Origin: Felis catus
Taxonomy: Eukaryota
NCBI RefSeq assembly: GCF_018350175.1
Contig: NC_058384.1
Span: 63,612,001 to 63,676,000 of the forward strand
DNA: 64,000 bases
Reading direction: 5' to 3'
A program made the translations under genes and the position numbers. Shown piece by piece: positions 55,838 through 64,000 of the stretch (the stretch's first letter is position 1; each line of letters begins with the position of its first letter). The notes below the pieces were generated by a model, which had not been told where the DNA came from, did not search any database, and saw only the letters and a program-made list of their open reading frames with translations.

Positions 55838-56031
55838 CTTTTAAGTTTATTTATTTATTTTGAAAGAGACAGAGACTGTGCCAGTGGGGGAGGGGCAGAG
55901 AGGAGACAGAGAATTCCAAGCAGGCTCCGCGCTGTTAGCATGGAGCCCGGCCCCGGGCTCAAACTCACGAAACCTTGAGATCATGACCTGAGGCGAAAGC
56001 ACGAGTCCGATCCTCAACCAACTGAGCTCCC
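55838..56031 (-). mobile_element. Can-SINE
   Basis: tttatttattttgaaagagacagag..ggctcaaactcacg..gagatcatgacctgag. Confidence 0.85.
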
Positions 56032-56751
56032 AGAATTTATTCAGAACACAGAAAGACAGGATACTGTGGTAGAAACCAACAATATTAGAATTTACGTTTT
56101 CAGCGACGTAGCATTTCTAGGTGATGATCAAGTCTGGAGTGTGGCCAGGGTGAAATGGAATAGAGGTGCAAGGTCTTGAAAATGAAGCTTGCGAATTAAT
56201 GCAGGGGAAGTGCAGCAGACGGCAGTGGAGATGTGGGATAGACGATGAAGTTCAGTTTTTCAAAAACTGAACACCATGGAGGAGTAGAGAGGCTCAGGGG
56301 AAGGGTCCTGGGGGTGAACCACATTTCCACTTTCTCTAGGAGTCTGTCTTTTCCACTACACCGTGAACTCCTTAAACAATCAGGGCTTTTACTCTGTTCC
56401 TACTGTGTGCTCAAAATTCAGATAGACTGAATATCTACTTCTGCTGGCATTGTTCCCTAGTTCACAGTATCATAAAACCCCTTAATATGGGGTTCCTTTT
56501 ATAGATGAAACCTAGAAAGTGTATTGTTCAACATCACACAGCCAGGGCATGTATGATCAAAAGCCGGTGATTCTGCTGAAACCCACCATTATCTCATTTT
56601 GAACCTCCCCAGGCATCTCCAGTTCATGAAGTCCAAAGTTTAACTGGTCATCGCTACTGTTTCGCCCAAACGTGCCTCTTCTAAGTTTTGTTTCTTACTG
56701 AATGATGCCACCATCCACCCAGCGGTCCACACGAGAAATCGGGGAGTCTTG

Positions 56752-56856
56752 GGGCGCCTGGGTGGCTCAGTCGGTTGAGCATGTGACTCTTGGTTTCAGC
56801 TCAGGTCGTGGGATCTCTCTCAAGATAAATACATAAACTTAAAAAAAATTTTAAAA
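56752..56856 (+). mobile_element. Internally deleted Can-SINE
   Basis: SINE head joined directly to the tctctctc/A tail. Confidence 0.75.
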
Positions 56857-56896
56857 ATACAGTTTTCAGAAAAAGGTAAAATGATGCCGGTCATGC

Positions 56897-57213
56897 TGCT
56901 AAAGAAACAATTATTCTGACGACAATTGTTCAAATGGTAAGGAAGACTTTTTTCAGGACCATTGTGATAAGCGTAAAGACTATCCCAGTCAGAGAGGTTG
57001 GGCTCCATACAATAAGGACAAGGGGCTATTTAGAGCCAATGAGAAGTATGAGAGGGTCAGTGGATGGAAAATTACATCAAGGATAAGGAGATCCTGGCTA
57101 AACTGACTTAGCAGGGTTCTTGCTGAAAGTGGCTGGTGGTCCAAGGATGAGGCCTATTTGAAAAGAAACCTCAGAGGCACCGTCTGAAGTTTGGTCGGGG
57201 AGAGTCTTTGTCA
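56897..57213 (-). mobile_element. ERV1-class solo LTR (MER31-like)
   Basis: Minus strand begins TGACAAAGACTCTCCCCGACCAAACTT and ends aagtcttccttacc..cagaataattgtttctttagCA, like MER31 termini as recalled. Confidence 0.55.
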
Positions 57214-58099
57214 ATATCTAAATAAGAATGAACACGTGTGAAAGATGTTATTTAACTCAGGAGGGAACTGGCAGATGGTACAGCTAGTTTAAAAGAAAAT
57301 CTAAAGAACAGACATTTACAGATCAAGAGTACAGAATTGAATATGAAAATGGAGGCGAAAACTGTTTGCTTGTTTGTTTTGTGTGATGTGGGGAATAGGG
57401 GGTTAATTGAACCTGATATTGGGACAAAATTTGCACGTCGGATCAGTTACCTACCGAGTTGTAAAATAGTTCCCATGGAAACAGAATCTCGTAAGGCAGC
57501 AGCAGGATCGTCACTTCTGGGAAGTGTTCCCCGAGTCTCTACGTGAGAATGGGTTGCAATTTCTGGGCAATCGTGTTTATCACACTATATTGTTTATATC
57601 CTTCCCTTCCTCCCATACACGCTCATGAACTTTTTGAGGCAGACATCGTGACTTATTCCAAGTTTCCTGGCTCTGAACAGCAGCTTCTTAGGAACATAAC
57701 ATGCTAAGAGGGTAGTGGAAGCCGCAAGATAAACATATTGGGTACTAATGGAGCCTCCATTTTATTCTAATATCTGGGAAAACGCAGTTTTACATTGAAG
57801 CTGGCGCTTCCCTCTTCACTCAATGTTTCCTTGTTTTATTAACTAACCGTTTCTATTTCAAGGTCGCGGGACACCCTGGGGATACAAAAATGCGCCTGAG
57901 CAGTCGCAACGAGATACCCTGAGCAAGAAACAATTGTGAGACTAAGTGGCACTAAGTGGCAGGGGCACCACGGACACGCCGGGAAGGGGCTGGCCCGCCG
58001 TAACAGGTCTTGGGGCGCGCCAGAAACTGTCGCACTGGCCTCTGGGTCAGGCTCGGCCCGGCAAGAGAGCCCTGGTGGGAGCTGATGTCTTCCCAGTCT

Positions 58100-58385
58100 G
58101 AGGGGTGCGAAATGGCATCCCGGCCGGAGCGCGTCCAGGAAGGGGAGCCCCCCGCCGGCTCTCGGAGCGCCCCAGCCCCGCCCGCCTGCGCTCGGGCCTC
58201 TGTCGGCCTCTGTCGGCCTCTGTCCCCCTCTGTCTCGGGCGCCCCGCCCGCCAGGCCCCGCCCCGTGACGCCAGGCCCCGCCCCGTGACGCCAGGCCCCG
58301 CCCCGCGGCGCCCGCTTCCAAGATGGCGGCGGCGATGCCTGCCAGGCAGTCCGGGTGGCGGTGACGACGGGAAGCTGGAGAGCAG
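58100..58385 (+). promoter_or_regulatory. B4GALT3 CpG island promoter and non-coding exon 1
   Basis: CpG-rich, repeated GC boxes and TGACG, YY1 motif AAGATGGCGGC 58320-58330, donor cag|gtatgt at 58385/58386. Confidence 0.75.
58249..58305. repeat. 20-bp tandem repeat (about 2.8 copies)
   Basis: Unit ccaggccccgccccgtgacg. Confidence 0.95.
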
Positions 58386-59195
58386 GTATGTGGGCTGGGG
58401 GTGATGGGGCGAGAGGCCCGGGAGAAAGGTTCGGGCGACTGGCGCGTTGAGAAGTTTTGGGCAAAGGCTGGAGACCAGCTTGAGCGGGGGGGGGGGGAGG
58501 GGGGGCGTCCCAGGTGGACGTTCGGACAGAGGCCGGTGGGCTCACGTTGCAAATGCAAGAGGAGGTTGGGGTGGGATGGGGGTGCGCGGAAAGAACCGGT
58601 CTGTGACCCTCTGCAGCGCGCTGGCCACGCCCCTTCGGTGAGCCGGGCCAGGTATCCCCGACAGGTTCTGCCCAGCCCTCCCTCTCCCTGCCTCACTTTT
58701 AGCCGTAACCCTCCTCCCCACCCCCGCTAGGACGGGGATGGGGTAGAAAAGCTAGAGGAGGCCACCCCCACCCTCCTCCCCGCCGCGCTCCGGGGCTGTT
58801 TGCTTGCAGCTCCCAGGTGGTCACGCTGCCTGCACCTGCGGAGCTAGCTCCCAGGCACGTGAAGAACGGAAAGGAGCCTGTTTCCTACTCCGCCCTTGGT
58901 CCTCTTGAGGCCACTCCACAATCCTGTCGTGACTGCCTCACCCCTTGGCGAAAATAATGGCTCCATTAGCTGCCTTGTCCCTACTCCCCAAACAGGTTGG
59001 TCCTGTTGGGGTGGGGTATGATTTAAGTAAGCGTGAACCCGACACTCTAGGGCAGCCGGGGCAGAGGCCAGGGACCTACGATCTCTGGCTCCTCCCCTTG
59101 TCTTTCCAACCGCTTTCCCTCGCTTCCCAGTTTCACCCTGATGTTGAGCTCTGCCCCTCTGGGTGGGTGGTTATCCTTGACCACTTGTGTTACAG

Positions 59196-59341
59196 CTGGC
59201 CCCAGGATCGCTGTTGGAGTGTTGGATGGAGCCCTTCTCTGTCCTCTGTGACATTTCCAATTTTAGATAATGCCTCACATCGCTGCCCCGCCGGGACCCC
59301 CCGAAGCTCCCATGATCCCGAAGAAGACGGCTTGAACCTAG
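59196..59341 (+). other. B4GALT3: B4GALT3 non-coding exon 2
   Basis: Acceptor ttgtgttacag| at 59195, strong donor tag|gtgagt at 59341/59342; alternative acceptor ttttag| at 59266. Confidence 0.6.
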
Positions 59342-59721
59342 GTGAGTCTGTCCCCCTCTAAAATTGGAAGGGAGGTTCTCCAGGGACTCCTTTGAAAGGG
59401 ACATGGGACCTGAATGATGTAAGCATTCTTGGGGGTGGGGACCGAGAGTAGTTGGCTGAGTGGTTTGGGGAGGAGGTGGAGGAGAGTGAAACTTGGGCTG
59501 GAAATGGCAGGTGGTAGGGCTGCTGGCGGTTACATTCTGTTTCTTTTTCGTGCCTGACCGTTCACCTGTGTGCTCCCTTCTGCGACTTTGTTCTTTGTCT
59601 CTTCTTCCTCTTAACTCGCGGCGCCGCCTTCATTCTTAACTGAGGATCTCTCTGCTGGCTTGCTCGTTGCCTGCCTGCCCCCCAGAACTCTCCTCTCTCC
59701 CTCCTCAGACCTCACCCCAGG

Positions 59722-62700
59722 ATGTTGCGGAGGCTGCTGGAGCGGCCCTGCACACTGGCCCTGCTTGTGGGCTCCCAGCTGGCTGTCATGATGTACCTGT
59801 CCCTGGGGGGCTTCCGAAGCCTCAGTGCCCTATTTGGCCGAGAGCAGGGGCCGACATTTGACTATTCTCATCCCCATGATGTCTACAGTAACCTCAGTCA
59901 CCTACCTGGGGCCCCTGTTGCCCCAGGGGGTCCTCCAGCTCCTCAAGGTCTGCCCTACTGTCCAGAACGATCTCCTCTCTTAGGTGAGTGCAGAAAGGAG
60001 GAGGAAGTAAAGGGTTAGGGTTAGCCAAGGTGTGGGGACAGGGCTAGGGCGGCAGGAGTGGGGCTTGGATGATGTTAAAGTACCTGAAAGGTGGGCTGAG
60101 GTTGACGTGGAGCCCGTTCTGAATTTGGAATTTAGATTGGGCTCCTGGCTTGAGCCACAACTTTCCATCGCCTGGCCATTCTCGTGCTCTCCCTGCCTTG
60201 GGCTGGGAATTGCTTCCTTTGGAGATGAGCTCTGGTTTAGTTAGTTGCAAGTCCTGTGTTCTCCATCTTCTAACGGTAGCCTCCAGCCTAGCGAGGCAGG
60301 AGAGAGGGAGCGTGAAAAGAGGCAGGCCGGGTGGAGAGCCTGTACCTTCCAGACTTTGTAAAGCTGTCCCGGTGACGGCATACGCGAGGCTTGTGAGGTT
60401 TCTAACGAGCCCTCGGGAAAGCTGAGCCCCGGCACCAGACTGCCAGGGCCACAGGCGCTCCCAGGCCTGGGGGTCCTTTTCTCATTGCCCCTCGAATCCC
60501 TGACCTTGCCGTTCTCTCCCTGCAGTGGGTCCTGTGTCCGTGTCCTTTAGCCCAGTGCCGTCCCTGGCGGAGATTGTGGAGAGGAATCCCCGGGTGGAGC
60601 CGGGGGGTCGGTACCGCCCCGCAGGGTGTGAGCCCCGCTCCCGAACCGCCATCATTGTGCCCCACCGTGCCCGGGAGCACCACCTGCGCCTGCTTCTCTA
60701 CCACCTGCACCCCTTCCTGCAGCGCCAGCAGCTCGCCTACGGCATCTACGTCATCCACCAGGTACCCGGGCCCCGCCCGGCTCTCTCTGTGACGGAGACT
60801 CGGGTCCCTGCCCCCCCACTCCCACGTAGTAGGTCCCTGGAACAGTTCTGAGGGGGTCAGACCGTTGAAGGTGGGGAAAGACGCAGCACTGCTCGGCCAG
60901 CTTGTCCGCCCCGTAACTCCCCCGGTTCTGTTTAGGGTGTTGTTCCCACGGTCTTCCGTGATCTCTTCCTTCGTTGAACTTGCAATGGTGCAAGTTTGGC
61001 ACCGGCCAGACCTGGACTAAAGTTAGTTCCGCCATTTGTCCCACACGTGACCTTGAACAAGTTTCTTAACCCCCTAAAATGAGGCAAAGAGTGAAAACTA
61101 ATAGACACCTGTTTTCCGTGGCTATCGGTTGTCAGGATGAAAATGCTAGACAGCGGCACGTGAGTATCAGACACATGCCGATGCTCAACAAGTATCTGCT
61201 GAATGAAAAATGAACGTTTGTCTTTCTCTCCATTCTGCTCGCCACCCTCCCTTCACCCGCCTTTGATCTCCCTCCTTTCATTTTTGTACTTGGGCCCCTC
61301 TTCTCCATGCTGCCTACAGACACGGTCTGCTTCTCCTCCGTTACCTTCCAGGCTGGCAATGGGACCTTTAACAGGGCCAAGCTGCTGAACGTTGGGGTGC
61401 GGGAGGCCCTGCGTGACGAGGAATGGGACTGCCTGTTCCTGCACGACGTGGACCTGCTGCCCGAGAACGACCACAATCTGTATGTGTGTGACCCCCGGGG
61501 ACCCCGGCACGTCGCCGTCGCCATGAACAAGTTCGGATACAGGTATAGAGGGCACGAGAGGGCGCGGGGAAGTAGGGAACCCCACCGTCCGCTGGGAGGA
61601 GAGCCAAGGGGATGTGGGTGGGGATGTCTCCCCAAAAGACTTGTGGAATCCAGGCACCTTTCTCTCCCTAGCCTCCCGTACCCCCAGTACTTTGGAGGAG
61701 TCTCGGCGCTCACTCCTGACCAGTACCTGAAGATGAACGGCTTCCCCAATGAATACTGGGGCTGGGGCGGTGAGGATGACGACATTGCTACCAGGTCAGA
61801 CTTCCTGCCACCACTCCCTAACCCCCACCTCAGCCTGGGGGCCTGTCCTCGGAGAGCACGCCTGACTCTTGAGCCGGACCCACACCGTGCCCATTCTTCT
61901 CCCTTAGCTTTTTGAGTCCACCCGGGTCAGGCTTTGCGTGCCGGTCTCCATTCTGTCGTCCCCCGGTCTCCTAGATCCTGATGAGTTATGTTTCTGGGAG
62001 AGACGATGAGATCAAGAGGCTACAGTATCACGGGATTCCTTCCAGAGTCGGAAGAGGGCCTAGCGACACTTCAGTCCTGCCTGCCGCCAGACCACTTCCG
62101 GTGGGGCAGGGGAGGAGGGGCTCTGCTCCATAGAGCCCAGAACCACTTTGTTGGTTGGAGTCCGTGTCACTGGCACGGTGCCAGCTCATTTTTAGCCTGT
62201 GAAATGTTTTGACCTTCAGCCTCAGCTGACCCAGTTTCCTATCTGTGGCGTGAGGATTTGGGCTTGCTGTGCTAGACCCGTTGCGTCCCCTCCCCCCTTG
62301 GCCCCTCCGGGACGAGCTCTCTGAATTCTTGTCCTCTGTATGTGTGTGAAGGACCCAGCGGTTTCTAAACGTACGTGTGCTTTCAGTACCTTCCCAGGCC
62401 ATCTTCAGGTCTTGCTTCTGTGTGTCCCAGATGGGGTTTGTTTCTCTCCAGGTCCTGATTATTTGGTTCCGTTCTTTTCCTAATGACGGGGACAGGTGGA
62501 GGGGTCGGGGTGAGGGAGTTGAGGCAGCTCGGCCGCCGTTCTAGATAAGAGTTGCTGAGCTTGGGTCCGCGACTCTCGGTCTTGCCCTGTCCTTTTGATC
62601 AGATGGCTCCTCTCCCTGCCCTTCCTGGACTGCCAGGGCGCTTCCCGTTAGCCACGTAGAGAGCAAAGGTGGGACGTGCGAACCCACCTCTGCCCGTTGT

Positions 62701-63479
62701 TTAACGAGGCCCCAGGGTTTGGATGCACTGGCACCAGCCCCAGGCTTTGGATACATCCAGGTTCTACGTTCTCTTGTGCCACTTCCTTCTTTCTCTTTGA
62801 CTTTCTCTCTCCTTCCAGTACGTGGCACTTTTTTGCCTAACCGGTGAGAGTGGCTCTCTGTGTACAGCAACACGTAATCGCTTCCTTGCTGGCCGGACGT
62901 AGCTCCTGTTGGCCTGTCAGGAGCTTTCCTCCACTCCGGATCCTCCACGGTGCCCTCACTTTTCCCATAGGGTACGTCTGGCTGGGATGAAGATCTCGCG
63001 CCCCCCGACATCCGTGGGGCACTATAAGATGGTGAAGCACCGAGGAGACAAGGGAAATGAGGAAAACCCCCACAGGTAGGGAGGACCGCCCGCGAACGGT
63101 GACTGGGCCCTGAGGGTTCTGCATCCCAGCCAGGAAACGCCTAGAGGTCCCTAAGTCCCCGGCTGTTTCTCTCTGGGCCTTAGTTCTCCAACCTCTGACC
63201 CTCAGATTTGACCTCCTGGTCCGTACCCAGAATTCTTGGACACAAGATGGGATGAACTCACTGACGTACCGGCTGCTGGCTCGAGAGCTGGGCCCTCTCT
63301 ATACCAACATCACAGCAGACATTGGAACTGACCCTCGGGGTCCCCGGACTCCCTCTGGGCCCCGTTACCCACCTGGTTCCTCCCAGGCCTTCCGCCAAGA
63401 GATGCTGCAGCGCCGGCCCCCAGCCAGGCCTGGCCCTCTGCCTACTGCCAACCACACGGCCCCCCAGGGCTCACACTGA
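59722..63479 (+). CDS. B4GALT3: Beta-1,4-galactosyltransferase 3, 396 aa, 6 coding exons
   Basis: Exons 59722-59983, 60526-60761, 61352-61542, 61672-61794, 62971-63075, 63206-63479 total 1191 nt; [29 protein letters not shown] motifs; AATAAA 63967-63972. Confidence 0.97.
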
Positions 63480-64000
63480 CTCCTCCTTCCTGCCCACCTC
63501 AATCATGAAACTGAATCCGAGGGGTCGTATTCTCCCCGCCCTCGGCTCCTCGCTGCTCTCAGAGGGGACGTGGGGGAACTGAACTCCAGTGCTGGGCTGG
63601 AGGCAAGGGCCTCTCCTCACTGCTGGACTGGAGCTGGGCTCCTTTAGACCTGGGGGTCCCTCTTTCTAGGGTCGCCTGCCAGGGCTTATGACTGTGAATC
63701 CTTGATGTCATGATTTTATGTGATGACTCCTGAGAGTCCCCGGCCCCAGGGGTAAGAGCAGGGCTGGACCCCAAGTCCCTTCCTCTTCCAGGAGAGAAGA
63801 GTGATCCGGCTTTTCCTGGGACCTCTGTGAATATTTATTCTATTTATGGTTCCGAGGAAGTAATGTTTGGTGAAGGAAACCTCTCCCTGGGTACTTTTCT
63901 GCCAGTGCTGGAGTAGCTTCCTCTTCTGGACCTGGCGCAGGGGGCTGGGATTTTGATATATTTTCTAATAAAGGACTTTGTCTTGCCTCTGCTCCCGCTT

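Noticed and set aside
57839-58696. 285-aa antisense ORF over the B4GALT3 promoter
   Set aside because: Translation of a GC-rich CpG island and tandem repeats with no protein-like features.

Overview
Mammalian genomic DNA, almost certainly a felid (young cat-type Can-SINEs throughout), with five short N gaps. It carries the conserved cluster orthologous to human 1q23.3 in reverse orientation: first exon and promoter of PCP4L1 (-), NR1I3/CAR (+), TOMM40L (-), APOA2 (+), FCER1G (-), NDUFS2 (-), ADAMTS4 (+) and B4GALT3 (+). All seven complete genes were spliced by hand at GT-AG junctions into intact ORFs (348, 308, 100, 86, 463, 834 and 396 aa). Intergenic and intronic space holds about 25 tRNA-derived SINEs (two nested), L1/L2/MIR fragments, a MER58-type DNA transposon and an ERV1-type solo LTR. 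I found no new multi-gene system. The best leads are small: a 40-codon TOMM40L uORF that captures all five upstream ATGs, a chain of three B4GALT3 uORFs, a 25-nt candidate poison exon in B4GALT3, a tailless U6 retro-fragment with TSDs in NDUFS2, a Y326F change in CAR with no CAR2/CAR3 acceptors, a poly(A)-dependent TOMM40L/NR1I3 antisense overlap, and an ISRE/GAS/kB motif cluster upstream of ADAMTS4. Comparisons with human and with repeat consensuses are from memory, not from searches.
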